A stretch of DNA of 64,000 nt from Candidatus Poseidoniales archaeon (GCA_038146705.1 JAYQSB010000005.1:10628-74627), one strand, 5' to 3'. Counted from the first letter of the stretch, positions 37,512-47,913 are shown. Program-made: numbers and translations. Notes: generated by a model from the sequence alone, not told the origin.

Positions 37512-38156
37512 ATGCAACCACAAGACCCTGGAATGAATGCCCCTGCGACAATAGACATGTCACAGCAAATGAATGCTGACCCGAACTTTGCTCCCTCGCA
37601 AACGATGGCCGCACCAATGGATACAAATCAAATGGCAACAGCCTCCATGGTACAAACTCCCATGGTTGTAGCCGCTGTTGACCCTGGCAACTCAGTAAGT
37701 ATGGTCAATTTTGCTTCTGCAATGAGTGTGTTCAAATATGGTTTCATTTCGATTCTCGGATGGATTGTTTCGTTTATCCTCTTGGGTGTCATGTGGGGAG
37801 TTTCTATGGCAATAGCGATTGGCTCAGAGAATTCTGTTGTTGGCATCATTGTTTTACTCATTACTTTACTCGTGACCTTGATTGGTTATGGACAGATGAT
37901 CATCTACCCTGTGGGTAAAGCCCTAAAAGACGCACGTGGCGACATGTCAACCTTTTCTTATGTTGATTCGTGGAAAGCCTCGATTGCTAGTTTCATTGAA
38001 ACAATTGGTGTGACCGGTGGAATGGCTGTCTTGTTTGCTGTTGGGCTGAGCGAAGAAATACTTGCTCTAACTGCTCTCGCAGGCCTTGGATTCATGCTAT
38101 TCTTAATCGGATACATCCCTTACTTAGCCCGAAAAACGGCTCAATTTATCGATTGA
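37512..38156 (+). CDS. Hypothetical membrane protein with M/Q/P/A-rich N-terminus
   Basis: Low-complexity N-terminal tail followed by 4 TM helices. Confidence 0.65.
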   Translation: MQPQDPGMNAPATIDMSQQMNADPNFAPSQTMAAPMDTNQMATASMVQTPMVVAAVDPGNSVSMVNFASAMSVFKYGFISILGWIVSFILLGVMWGVSMAIAIGSENSVVGIIVLLITLLVTLIGYGQMIIYPVGKALKDARGDMSTFSYVDSWKASIASFIETIGVTGGMAVLFAVGLSEEILALTALAGLGFMLFLIGYIPYLARKTAQFID

Positions 38157-38217
38157 GTACATATATCACTCTTCGTCGAGAACATCTCTTTTTCAATGAT
38201 GTTTTGCACGTAGTAAC

Positions 38218-38625
38218 ATGTCCGTCCGTGATTCCGTTGCAATCGTTGTCGGTATCATCTTCATTATCATAGGCGTCGACCACTTCATTCGAACAGAATG
38301 GTACAACCCAATCGTTCCCTCAATTCTCGGATTTCCAGCATTCTGGGTTTATACGAGCGGAATTGCGGAAATTGGATTTGGTATCGCAATCATACTGAAG
38401 ACCTACAGAAAAAAGGCAGCAGTATTCGGAATTCTCATGTTGGTCGCTTTGTATTGGGCAAACCTCAACATGTGGCTCAATGATATCCCCCTGAATGATG
38501 TTCAGTACAGCACTGGATGGCACATTGGGCGATTGATAGTCCAAGGATGCCTCATACTCCTCCTTGCTTGGGTGGGAGAACTTCAATTTCGCAGTAAGGG
38601 TATTGATCACGTCAACAATCTGTAG
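38218..38625 (+). CDS. DoxX-like membrane protein
   Basis: GVDHF, IVP, SGIAEI, ANLNM, R...Q pattern. Confidence 0.75.
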   Translation: MSVRDSVAIVVGIIFIIIGVDHFIRTEWYNPIVPSILGFPAFWVYTSGIAEIGFGIAIILKTYRKKAAVFGILMLVALYWANLNMWLNDIPLNDVQYSTGWHIGRLIVQGCLILLLAWVGELQFRSKGIDHVNNL

Positions 38626-38690
38626 AACATCGAATTCTCCAGAATGCTATCATCATTCAAGTCATACGTTGATGTTCAACATCGTTGATT

Positions 38691-39545
38691 CTACTCTGCC
38701 AGGCTATCTTGAGCAATTTGACGAATATCAACTTCCCATTGTGTGAATTCTGGCATAGTCATCGGGTCAACCCCATGAACTGCATGAAGCCAAATCAGTG
38801 TCCCAGTATCGACGAACATGTCGCCCGCATGGCCCTTCTCGTCGGTGAAGAGTGAGGTCGCCTTTGGACCCTGAAGTTGCTCCAAATCTCCATCAAGGTC
38901 TCCTGCTTCGAACATCTCGCGCATCTCGTAGGCAAGGGCACCGTGATGGAAGGTGAACACCTCTATACTTGGATAATCTGCTCTAAGGTCGTCAGAAAGG
39001 TTTCCCCAATACGGATAGAGGTCGAGCGTCGAATTGGTAGCATACTCGCTCGCGTTCTCATATTCTCCAGGGAAATCTTTCCACGGCATGGCCAAACCGA
39101 TGCGTACATCGGGATTCTTCTCAACAGCATAATCAGTGAAATTCCAGACGGCTTGATCCGTATCGAGCGTTTTGATGAATTCTGGTGAACAGCAAATCAT
39201 GATCAAGACATCAATTTCACCTGTATCAAGGAAGGCTTTGATGTTCGCTTGGTGCTCAGCATCGTCCCACAACAGCCCCGGTGAACCGGATTCACCACCA
39301 CTAAATTCGATGTATTGAGCGTGGTTCGCCTCGCCTGCAGCATGCGCAAAATCTTCTAACAAACTTGCAAATGGACGACCAAAACTGTGACCAATGTAAA
39401 GAACATTGTAATCATCAGCGTTAACTTCCATGGGTGAGTCCATACTATCGTCACTGTCACCTTTTTTCTTGCCATCTCGTAAACAACCCGATAAAGAGAC
39501 TGTTACAAATAAAATCGCTAGTAAAATAGCTATTTTTTTGTTCAT
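38691..39545 (-). CDS. Lipoprotein, SGNH-hydrolase-like
   Basis: Signal peptide with lipobox LSGC; VLYIGHSF and late D..GH resemble SGNH blocks I and V. Confidence 0.6.
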   Translation of the reverse strand: MNKKIAILLAILFVTVSLSGCLRDGKKKGDSDDSMDSPMEVNADDYNVLYIGHSFGRPFASLLEDFAHAAGEANHAQYIEFSGGESGSPGLLWDDAEHQANIKAFLDTGEIDVLIMICCSPEFIKTLDTDQAVWNFTDYAVEKNPDVRIGLAMPWKDFPGEYENASEYATNSTLDLYPYWGNLSDDLRADYPSIEVFTFHHGALAYEMREMFEAGDLDGDLEQLQGPKATSLFTDEKGHAGDMFVDTGTLIWLHAVHGVDPMTMPEFTQWEVDIRQIAQDSLAE

Positions 39546-39679
39546 GTTTTAAATTCTGAGAACTTGTTAATATGACTTTTGTCTGTGATTTTTCTTCCAT
39601 CAAGTCAAAATTATTCTTCTAAAATATGTCAAATCGTTGTACCAAAATCGGTTAATATAGGATGTTCAAAGTTCTCGAC

Positions 39680-41776
39680 ATGTGGACTGATGAACAACTT
39701 CTGGGGCAGGGTTGGACACAAGAACAAATCAATCAATGGAGAATGGACCAAGGGATTCAAGTCGAAACTGTCACATCAGTTGGTGCGGCCACAAATACTC
39801 TACCAGAGATTGTCGAATCGAAACCAGGTTCACTAAACGCCGGTTCGGCAACATTCTTGCAAAATAAAACCCAATTGATTCTCGTTGTATGCATGCTCAT
39901 CGTTGCACCTCTTTCCCTGTATTCTTCCATGTTTGCTGAAGGTCCTCAAGGACCTGCTGGACAAGAAGGTCAACAAGGTGAAAATGGTACAGCTGGTTCA
40001 AGTTTTCATCTCGTACAATCCTCTTTTGATTTACCAGTTTGTGACGAAACTCTACAGAATCAAATCTTCTTTGTCGCTAATGATTCTGGCTTCGCCGTCT
40101 GTCAAAATGGAAATTACTTCAATGTGGACCTCACAGGACCTCAAGGTGAATCTGGTCTCAATGGCACGGATGGAATTGATGGGGTCAACGGCACAGACGG
40201 CTCAGACGGTGTAAATGGAACAAATGGTACGAATGGCCAAGATGGAGATGATGGTTCGGATGGAACAAACGGAATCGATGGTCAAGATGGCTCAAATGGT
40301 GCAGACGGTTCAGATGGACTCACATCAATCATCGTCTCAAGCATTGAGCCAAACGGTGTGAATTGTCCAGAAGGTGGCACTCGTATTGATACCGGAATCG
40401 ATGACAATGGTGATGGCGCTTTAGGTTCAAGTGAAATCGATGATACCGTTTTTGTTTGCAATGGTGCAGATGGCAACGATGGTAGTGACGGAACAAATGG
40501 AAGTTCAACCTCAACAATGATGGTCGCCACCCTTACCACTGCCCCTTCGTATCTTGGATGCAATGGAACGGGGCAGTTGCTTCAACAGGGGCTTGATGAT
40601 GGTTCAGGCGGAGGCATTGCTCAAAACGGTATATTAGAAGCTGGAGAAATACTCACAAGTTCGCTCATTTGTACAACCTTCTCCGTCTCTCAAGTTGTGG
40701 ATATGAACGCTGGTTCTGGTAACGGCGCTCCTTCAAATTTCGTCACTGTGAATTCAACAATGTATTTCACTGCAAGTGCAGGAGGGAGTGCAGAGTTATG
40801 GTCTCTTGACACGAACGGAACGTTGACTTCAGTCTACTCGGGTACTGTTCTCGGTCTAAAGGCCGTGGGAAGTCATCTCATGTTCCTCGGTAGCGACACA
40901 TCGGCCGGACTTGAACCATGGATTTTCAATCCATCCAACACCACGGCGTGGAGAATTGCGGATATCAACCCCGGAACTTCAGATAGTTTTGCAGGACAAT
41001 TCACATTACTAGGCACGACAGTATATTTTTCTGCCCGTGACGGTGCTGGTGTCTTTGACTTGTGGGCGTATGAGCAATCAAATTCAACCGTTTGGAAAGT
41101 CGATGATGGTTCAGGACCCGTAGAGATCGTCGTCGTAGGTTCTCATGTCTATTATGCTACTTCCAATGAATTGAGAATGTACAATACGACCTCCAGTAGC
41201 TCCTATGATATCGATATCAACCCAGGACCTCTTGCTTCAAGCCCTTCAAGTCTGGTCGTTATGGGAACGACGATTTACATGTCTGCAAATGATGGAAGTG
41301 TTGGAAAAGAATTGCAAGCCTTTGAAACAACAAACAATTCAACGTGGACGGCTGCAGATATTCGGACTGGTGTTGCTGGAAGTTCACCATCATACATTAC
41401 CGTCATGGGTACGAGATTGTACATGCAAGCAACATCAGGCTCGTACTTCGAATTGTGGGTTTACGATACTGTCAACAACTCCTTTTGGGAAGTATCGAAC
41501 ATTCAATCCACATCTGGAAGCAATGGTCCTGAAGATTTGACGGCATACCAATACACCATCTATTTCTCAGCTAACGATGGTACGACAGGTGAAGAATTGT
41601 GGGCTCATCATGCAGTCAATGGTACGACTTGGCAAGTCGTCGACTTGGACCCATCTGGTGGATATGTCGGTGAAATTTATCATCACGGAGGTAATATCTT
41701 CTTTGCCAGCCAAGATGGAACAACAGGAATTGAACTATGGCAACTCATCTTCTCAAGGACAGTTACCTTTGTTTGA
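39680..41776 (+). CDS. Membrane-anchored surface protein: collagen-like G-x-x repeats, Cys-containing repeats, ELWxxDGT-type beta-propeller
   Basis: One TM helix; GPQG/GxDG/GxNG runs; NCPEGG...G.DDNGDG.L...E motif twice; repeated YFSA.DG..G.ELW. Confidence 0.8.
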   Translation: MWTDEQLLGQGWTQEQINQWRMDQGIQVETVTSVGAATNTLPEIVESKPGSLNAGSATFLQNKTQLILVVCMLIVAPLSLYSSMFAEGPQGPAGQEGQQGENGTAGSSFHLVQSSFDLPVCDETLQNQIFFVANDSGFAVCQNGNYFNVDLTGPQGESGLNGTDGIDGVNGTDGSDGVNGTNGTNGQDGDDGSDGTNGIDGQDGSNGADGSDGLTSIIVSSIEPNGVNCPEGGTRIDTGIDDNGDGALGSSEIDDTVFVCNGADGNDGSDGTNGSSTSTMMVATLTTAPSYLGCNGTGQLLQQGLDDGSGGGIAQNGILEAGEILTSSLICTTFSVSQVVDMNAGSGNGAPSNFVTVNSTMYFTASAGGSAELWSLDTNGTLTSVYSGTVLGLKAVGSHLMFLGSDTSAGLEPWIFNPSNTTAWRIADINPGTSDSFAGQFTLLGTTVYFSARDGAGVFDLWAYEQSNSTVWKVDDGSGPVEIVVVGSHVYYATSNELRMYNTTSSSSYDIDINPGPLASSPSSLVVMGTTIYMSANDGSVGKELQAFETTNNSTWTAADIRTGVAGSSPSYITVMGTRLYMQATSGSYFELWVYDTVNNSFWEVSNIQSTSGSNGPEDLTAYQYTIYFSANDGTTGEELWAHHAVNGTTWQVVDLDPSGGYVGEIYHHGGNIFFASQDGTTGIELWQLIFSRTVTFV
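40136..40320 (+). repeat. Coding collagen-like (Gly-X-Y)n repeat
   Basis: Degenerate 9-nt periodic repeats such as gatggt/aatgga encoding G-x-D/N triplets. Confidence 0.8.
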
Positions 41777-41832
41777 TGTCTCAGAAATGAGGTACTTTAT
41801 ATAAATGAATCAATGAAAAGTAAGAAAAATTT

Positions 41833-41933
41833 GGGGCCGCCTCCCCGTCCGAAGAGGGGAAGGGGGCAACAGCCCTTTCGGGAAACCTGAGATTCAGGTT
41901 ATCAAGACACTTGAAAGTCGATGAGGACTTTCA
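41833..41933 (-). other. GC-rich structured 3' element / terminator region of the MC1 gene
   Basis: Several hairpins, including cUUCGg and cGAAAg loops on the minus strand, followed by a U-rich tract. Confidence 0.55.
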
Positions 41934-42197
41934 GAGGTGTTCAACGCCCATTTTCTTGACGTTGGCCTTCTTGATCTTGTCAGGAAGCCATGCCGGGCCG
42001 TTTGCTGGCTTGTCAACCATAGCAATGGATCCGCTGAAAACGTGGACCTTTTTGGTTCCTCGCTCTCGTAGGCGGATGTCCGTATGCCCTCGAGTAGCAG
42101 CTTTGAGTGCTGCTCCACGTGGTTGTTTGCTTGCAAAGACCTGGCTTGTATCTTTTCCGCCCTTCATGAGGACGAAGTATTTCTTTCCGTCTGCCAT
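41931..42197 (-). CDS. mc1: Non-histone chromosomal protein MC1
   Basis: YFVL, QPRGAALKAA, IRLRERGTKKVHVF, PAWLP; GGAGGT SD upstream. Confidence 0.93.
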   Translation of the reverse strand: MADGKKYFVLMKGGKDTSQVFASKQPRGAALKAATRGHTDIRLRERGTKKVHVFSGSIAMVDKPANGPAWLPDKIKKANVKKMGVEHL

Positions 42198-42335
42198 TTG
42201 GATTACCTCCGAAGCACCACTGTGTCACGGAGTATATAGTCATTTCTCAAAAAAAGCGTTGTACTGCGTCACATAATGCTCGCAGTACCCCTCCCGAATA
42301 GCAAAAAAAACAACAATGTTCAAAGAGAAAAATGA

Positions 42336-42569
42336 CTAAATTTCAGCACCAGCAAGCGTTTTTGTGTGCAATACACCATTGATTTGTCGAATTTTTGAAA
42401 CAACTGTTGTAGCGATGAGTCCTAATTCTGGGGCAACGAGTTTGAGGATAATATCATGGTCACCGAACAACAACGTTGCATCTTCAACATAATCTACTTC
42501 TCGAATGTTTTCTAAAACCTCTCTTTCGAGTCCTGGTTCAACGTTGATGAGCACATATCCTACTGCCAT
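42336..42569 (-). CDS. Stand-alone Lrp/AsnC ligand-binding (RAM) domain protein
   Basis: YVLINVEPG, LFGDHDII, IRQINGV..T.TL; no HTH. Confidence 0.85.
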   Translation of the reverse strand: MAVGYVLINVEPGLEREVLENIREVDYVEDATLLFGDHDIILKLVAPELGLIATTVVSKIRQINGVLHTKTLAGAEI

Positions 42570-42594
42570 AGCACGACGAAAGGGTTCTGTATCA

Positions 42595-45500
42595 TCAATT
42601 CTTCTCTAGATTAGAATTGAAATCGAACAACTTTTGCTGATGTTCAGCCACATATGATGCCCACTGCTCATTTGACCAATCTTCAGGAACTGGCCCCTCA
42701 AGCCATGAGGCAAATTGGTCAATTGTCCATCCACTTGGTACAAAATTAGGTAATTCCTCATTCTGTGAAATGATATTTGTTGAATTTTGGTCAAACAGAT
42801 CATCGATTTCAACATCATGTGAGAGACCAGCAGCGTCTTCCTTGTCGATAGCCCATTGTTGACTCACCTTCCGATGTCGTGAGATAAAGAGTGCAGATAA
42901 TGCAAGAACACAGACCAGTATAAGGATAAAGACGCCGATGTATGATGACTCGACTTCATTCGAAGTTTGTGATGTGTTACCTCTTGCTGAGCACTCACTC
43001 GAATTTGATTCAAAACATGGGTCTACATAAGGGTCAATGGTGACGATTTGAGTAGCAGTGAATGATTCAAATTGCTCATTAATGCACTCAAACATCAAAG
43101 ATATTGATTGGTTCTCGACATTCCGAGGAATCGGATAAATCCACAGGATTTCGTTTTTCGACATTGAAGATTCGCCTGCGAGGTCGATAAATTGAGACAA
43201 TACATTTTGTTCTTGGTCTAAAATTTGCAAGGAACAGATAATACCAGAAAGACCATCATCATCTGACACGATGAGTTTCGCAGCCAGATCGGCTCCCGTG
43301 GAAATATTTTGAGGTAATTCAGTTTCTAATAATGTTGGGGCACGAGTAAATTCAATAGATTGTTGAATCGAATGGACTAAACCATCCACATCTTTGAGAT
43401 AGCCTAGCAATTGACCTTCGCCCTCAATAAACGTACTATCAAGTCGAACCCGATAGTGTATTTTGGTTTGATCAACATTTGTAATTTCAAGATCGCAATC
43501 CAATGAAGCATTTTGATTATCGAACCAAACCGGTTCTTCTTGAGTGGGTAATGAAACTGCCCAACCTTCTTGGATTAACGACACGGAAGAGGTTTCAATC
43601 GGCCTATCACTCTCTATGACCACTGTCCATGTTGCAATTTGACCAAAATTCATTGATTCTATTTTCCCAGAAATGCCACACAATGATGTGGATTGAATTT
43701 TTGGTGGGGTGAGAATCACCGGATATTCAACCTCCACGGTGGCTGTTGAGCCATGGAGGCCCGTTCCACTGACTTGAGCCCAAAAATTACCCGACTCGAG
43801 TGCATGATGTACTTGTTCTAATTGGATAATAATTTCATAGTTACCCTGTCCGATGTCAATCGGCTCCTGAAGAATTTCTCCACCCGGCCATACCATTCTC
43901 AAATCACCGATAAATGTGAATTCATCATCATCGATATCAGAAACTTGAATTCTCAGATATTCGCGACCGTTGTTGATTATACGGTCTAAAATCGTACCAT
44001 TTTCTGATTCGATCGTCAGTTGAATCATAGGAGCGATATCCCCGACTTGTATTTCTCGATAGGCAACTCTCACCATGTTCGAGTTGAATAAACTGAATTC
44101 AATGTGTTCTAATGAAGATGACCGTGCAAGTTCAAATGAAGCTTCATAACAATAGACACCAAACTCTGAAGAATCAATCTCAACTAACGCTGTGAGATTT
44201 CCCCTATTTGCTACCAATGTGGGATATTCGTATTCAGGTTCAAAGTCAGCATCCTCTGCACACACGATGAGAACATATGTCTGCGAACGTTGAAGTTCAA
44301 ATGAAGGGGACATTGGAAGATTTGATGCCCTGTCCCAGTTCGAAGGATCTAAACCTTCGATATAAGGGCCATACCATGATTGTGAAGCATTCAATATTCG
44401 CGTTACATTTGGAAATTCTTTGAAATCGAACAGTCCATTAGAATCGTAGGCTGTAGCCCTCAAAGACAAATTCCCGAGTGTTGAGGTGGTTGGAATTGTC
44501 ACCACAGTTTCCCAACGATTTCCAAACAAGTAGGATGCATTTTGAGCAACCCATTCTCCTGAAGAACCAACTCTCCACTCCACGATGACCGATGTCACAT
44601 TGACATCATCTGATGCCAAAATATTGCAAATCGTGTAACCTCCTCTTGCGAGTTCAGCAGCACTACAATATCCTCCTGTAAGCACTGGTTGAGCATTGAT
44701 GGGAAAGCCAAGGTCGACGATGTTTTGTTTGAAATTCCGTTCTGGAGTTGAATTGAGCCACCTGATTCGAATATTCATCCAATCGAGAGATGATACGGGG
44801 AAATCAAGTTCGATTTTGAATCGAGAACCGTTTTGATCGCCAGCCGGAATAGTAAGGTTGGTTTGGTTGAGCAAAACATTTCCTTGTAAATTTACAACAA
44901 CAATTGAACCGACTGCAGCCGACATTCCTGTGTTTTCCAGTGCTAATTCGACCGTAGAATTTTCATTTTCATTTGCAAAGCCGAGGAGGCGGGCGTCAAT
45001 GATGTTCACATCGTGAAATTGGTCTGCAAATGGTGCCATCTTGGGGTCGCCCACAACAACACCCATCCATCCTGTGATGAGGTTGGCTGCTGCATGACTT
45101 TCCGCTAAATTATATCCTTGGACATACGATTCCATCAAGACTGAGGGGTAGCCAACAGCCGTCAAATACGGCTCGTAGACATAGCCTTTGAGACCAGATA
45201 CACCGTCTTCAAGTAAATCTGCCACAAGGGATTGCCCATAACCTGTACCCCAAGCAAATGAACGACCACCTGTCGAAACAGCGGTTTCGGCTATTGAACC
45301 ATCAACCCAACCATTGTGAGGGCGAATTGAACGTAGATTGAGTGTATCAAGGTAAAATGAACCATCAGCATTCGCACCAAGTGGCGTGACTTCGACGACA
45401 ATACGGAAAGATGTGACATTCTCATGTGGCCTAAACCGTAGTGTTCTACTGTTCCAGTTTTCTGCTAGAATTTGTGAGTTTGTCTGATTTTGAGAAAGTA

Positions 45501-47913
45501 AAACACCATTTGAGTCATACCCTTCCACAAGTATTTCGAAATGTCCACTAGCCTCACCACTACTGCTTCCGTAGCCATAGATAATCCATGCATGCCCGGT
45601 GTGGCCATTTGGTATTGTCATGTTTTGCCATACATCAATTGTTGAACTCGATGCTCCTGAGAACGGTCCACAATTTTTGTACACCTCTCTTGATAACTGA
45701 TGGACTTCTTCGTGAGATAGTGCATCATCGTAGACCACAACTTTGTCAATGAATCCTTTGTAATAAGCTGAACCTGCTCGATTAACACCCAATCTGTAGA
45801 GGTCTACATTGTTAAAATCACTCACATTGGGTTGAAATGAACCAACGTGAATTCCATTCATGTAACGATGTACAGTTCCATTGTCGTAAACTGTTGACAG
45901 GTGATTCCACTGGTGGAGTTTGAGTTGGCCAATCACATTTGAAAAATTACTGTGCTGTTTCCAATCCCCATTTTGAATCATATGCTGAAAACTTTGAGAT
46001 GAACCTGCTGCATTATCGATGGCAAATGTTGAAGCATATTCGGTTTGATTATCATCTTCAACCAAAACAAATTGACTGATGGTCAAATTTCCGGACCAGT
46101 CTTGCACATCAACTTGAGCATAATCATCAACGCCATCAAAAAATAGACATGTTCCACCTGGACAACTTACCCAGTTCGATGAATTCATATCATGCAATGT
46201 TAGATTTGCTGAATTTTGTCCATCATATGCTGTCGAACCAGAACCTGATTCAAAATCCCAAGAATGGCGAATTGAATCAGTTTGTGGGCGCGATGTAAAG
46301 ACCTTGAGGGCTGATTGTGGAACAACCGACTTTGATTGATTTGGGCCTTCCCACGATAAGATAACGCCGTGTGGACCTCCGCCTTCAAACATTTCAACCC
46401 TCAACTCGTGATTCCCAGAAGATAAATTTCGATACCCGGATATTTCTCTCATACCGTGTGTCCCGTGATTTTGAATAAGCGATTGTCCATCCAACCACAT
46501 TTCTGAGCCGTCATCACTATTGAGATAGAATGTCCAATTTCCTTCCTCTGGAACATCGATGGAGGCCGTAAATCGTACACTAAACGACTCCTTGAAACGT
46601 GGATCGAGCCCTGGAGGTGGATTGCTCGATGAACCGAAGTTAATGTTTGGTTGAATGATGACCGCATTTGGAAATCGACCTTGTAAATTTGGCATTGCGT
46701 TGCTATTAAATGACACAGCTCTGTTGTCAAAATATTCTGCAAGAACACCATTAAGGTCGTTGCCAAGTTGTGCATCACAATCTGGAGTAAGTGTGACAGA
46801 AAGCGCTTTTTGACCCCCTTGTTTCTTTGTATTTTGAGTATCGATACGAATCGATTCATTCCCTGTGGTTGCTGGCAACGAATGACTCCAATATCTTGCT
46901 TGAGTACTCCATGAAGTATCAGAGGTATCAAATCCAGCATTCGGTAACCGATTTGCATTCCAATTTCCATCGTTACTACCCCAAGATGCATAGCCGATGA
47001 CATTCGATACATTGGTCACGAACTCTGTTTCCTCGTCGAAGAAAACAGGAAGGTTGTATGTACCATTAAGCGTTGAGTTGGCTAGATACAAATTGTCATT
47101 CCAGTACTTGTAACCCGATCCATTTCGGTTTGTTGCTAAATCAAGAACAAAATTTCCTCTGTTTCCAAGGCTATTGTTGGCCTTTTCAATTAATCCAAGA
47201 GCGGTTTCTGTCGTATAACCTGTTAAACGAGAAACGAGGAAGAATCCAAATTCTTGCCTCGTGAACGCTTTCATTGGATTGTCTGCCAACGGGCCATAAT
47301 CATGGGTGATCCACCAACTTCCACCGATTGAATCATTGTAACGTCCTCCGACCAATGATATTTCTTGGTCAAAACTTGCCGCAGTATTTTGGCCGCCAGA
47401 TACTCGAAGCGGAATTCCTTTGGTGGTAACCAAATAATTGATTTGAGAACTGTTCGTTCTGTTCATGAGCATCTCATAGAATGGCTCAAGAAAATATGTT
47501 GTGAATTGGTTTCTGTTGATGGTTTCCCCGGTTGGAGTATTTGGGTGATCGAAGATAAAAATTCTCTCTTCACTAATGTTTCTTGCTTCGATAAAAGCCC
47601 AAGCAATTTCTTTGCTCACATCAGATTGATTATTCACGAGAACTGCGACATCTGAATAATTTAACACATCCAAATAAGCAAATCCATTTGGTACTGCAAT
47701 GGTTCGAAATGGAAGTTCATCCCATACCGTTAGATTTGATTGATTGGATGAAAAATGACGATTGCCGGTATCGTCTTGACTTTCAAAGGAGGAAATGAGT
47801 TCCTGAGGCTGAGATAGAAATGGAGAACTACTGGTCAGCAGAAATAAGGCTGCGAGAACGAGAGCCTGTTTCATCTTCCTCATTCTAACCATTCGCTTCA
47901 TGGTTATAGCCAT
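42595..47913 (-). CDS. Large secreted, C-terminally anchored protein: TIGR03790-like domain with PA14 and LamG inserts plus Ig-like stalk
   Basis: Signal peptide; V.VLVN..S..S..IA, KGIPL, VSRL.G, G..GYVYEPYL, GDP; PA14 (F.L.SDDGS...LDG); LamG (FDGVDDY, W.H...YD, G.ID.V.VY..AL); TM near C-terminus. Confidence 0.8.
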   Translation of the reverse strand: MAITMKRMVRMRKMKQALVLAALFLLTSSSPFLSQPQELISSFESQDDTGNRHFSSNQSNLTVWDELPFRTIAVPNGFAYLDVLNYSDVAVLVNNQSDVSKEIAWAFIEARNISEERIFIFDHPNTPTGETINRNQFTTYFLEPFYEMLMNRTNSSQINYLVTTKGIPLRVSGGQNTAASFDQEISLVGGRYNDSIGGSWWITHDYGPLADNPMKAFTRQEFGFFLVSRLTGYTTETALGLIEKANNSLGNRGNFVLDLATNRNGSGYKYWNDNLYLANSTLNGTYNLPVFFDEETEFVTNVSNVIGYASWGSNDGNWNANRLPNAGFDTSDTSWSTQARYWSHSLPATTGNESIRIDTQNTKKQGGQKALSVTLTPDCDAQLGNDLNGVLAEYFDNRAVSFNSNAMPNLQGRFPNAVIIQPNINFGSSSNPPPGLDPRFKESFSVRFTASIDVPEEGNWTFYLNSDDGSEMWLDGQSLIQNHGTHGMREISGYRNLSSGNHELRVEMFEGGGPHGVILSWEGPNQSKSVVPQSALKVFTSRPQTDSIRHSWDFESGSGSTAYDGQNSANLTLHDMNSSNWVSCPGGTCLFFDGVDDYAQVDVQDWSGNLTISQFVLVEDDNQTEYASTFAIDNAAGSSQSFQHMIQNGDWKQHSNFSNVIGQLKLHQWNHLSTVYDNGTVHRYMNGIHVGSFQPNVSDFNNVDLYRLGVNRAGSAYYKGFIDKVVVYDDALSHEEVHQLSREVYKNCGPFSGASSSTIDVWQNMTIPNGHTGHAWIIYGYGSSSGEASGHFEILVEGYDSNGVLLSQNQTNSQILAENWNSRTLRFRPHENVTSFRIVVEVTPLGANADGSFYLDTLNLRSIRPHNGWVDGSIAETAVSTGGRSFAWGTGYGQSLVADLLEDGVSGLKGYVYEPYLTAVGYPSVLMESYVQGYNLAESHAAANLITGWMGVVVGDPKMAPFADQFHDVNIIDARLLGFANENENSTVELALENTGMSAAVGSIVVVNLQGNVLLNQTNLTIPAGDQNGSRFKIELDFPVSSLDWMNIRIRWLNSTPERNFKQNIVDLGFPINAQPVLTGGYCSAAELARGGYTICNILASDDVNVTSVIVEWRVGSSGEWVAQNASYLFGNRWETVVTIPTTSTLGNLSLRATAYDSNGLFDFKEFPNVTRILNASQSWYGPYIEGLDPSNWDRASNLPMSPSFELQRSQTYVLIVCAEDADFEPEYEYPTLVANRGNLTALVEIDSSEFGVYCYEASFELARSSSLEHIEFSLFNSNMVRVAYREIQVGDIAPMIQLTIESENGTILDRIINNGREYLRIQVSDIDDDEFTFIGDLRMVWPGGEILQEPIDIGQGNYEIIIQLEQVHHALESGNFWAQVSGTGLHGSTATVEVEYPVILTPPKIQSTSLCGISGKIESMNFGQIATWTVVIESDRPIETSSVSLIQEGWAVSLPTQEEPVWFDNQNASLDCDLEITNVDQTKIHYRVRLDSTFIEGEGQLLGYLKDVDGLVHSIQQSIEFTRAPTLLETELPQNISTGADLAAKLIVSDDDGLSGIICSLQILDQEQNVLSQFIDLAGESSMSKNEILWIYPIPRNVENQSISLMFECINEQFESFTATQIVTIDPYVDPCFESNSSECSARGNTSQTSNEVESSYIGVFILILVCVLALSALFISRHRKVSQQWAIDKEDAAGLSHDVEIDDLFDQNSTNIISQNEELPNFVPSGWTIDQFASWLEGPVPEDWSNEQWASYVAEHQQKLFDFNSNLEKN

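Noticed and set aside
40136-40500. CRISPR or non-coding tandem repeat
   Set aside because: Repeats are degenerate, in frame and encode Gly-X-Y; there is no repeat-spacer pattern
41833-41933. SECIS-directed readthrough of the MC1 UGA stop
   Set aside because: MC1 is already full length at the UGA, there is no convincing archaeal SECIS motif, and no selenocysteine genes are in the window
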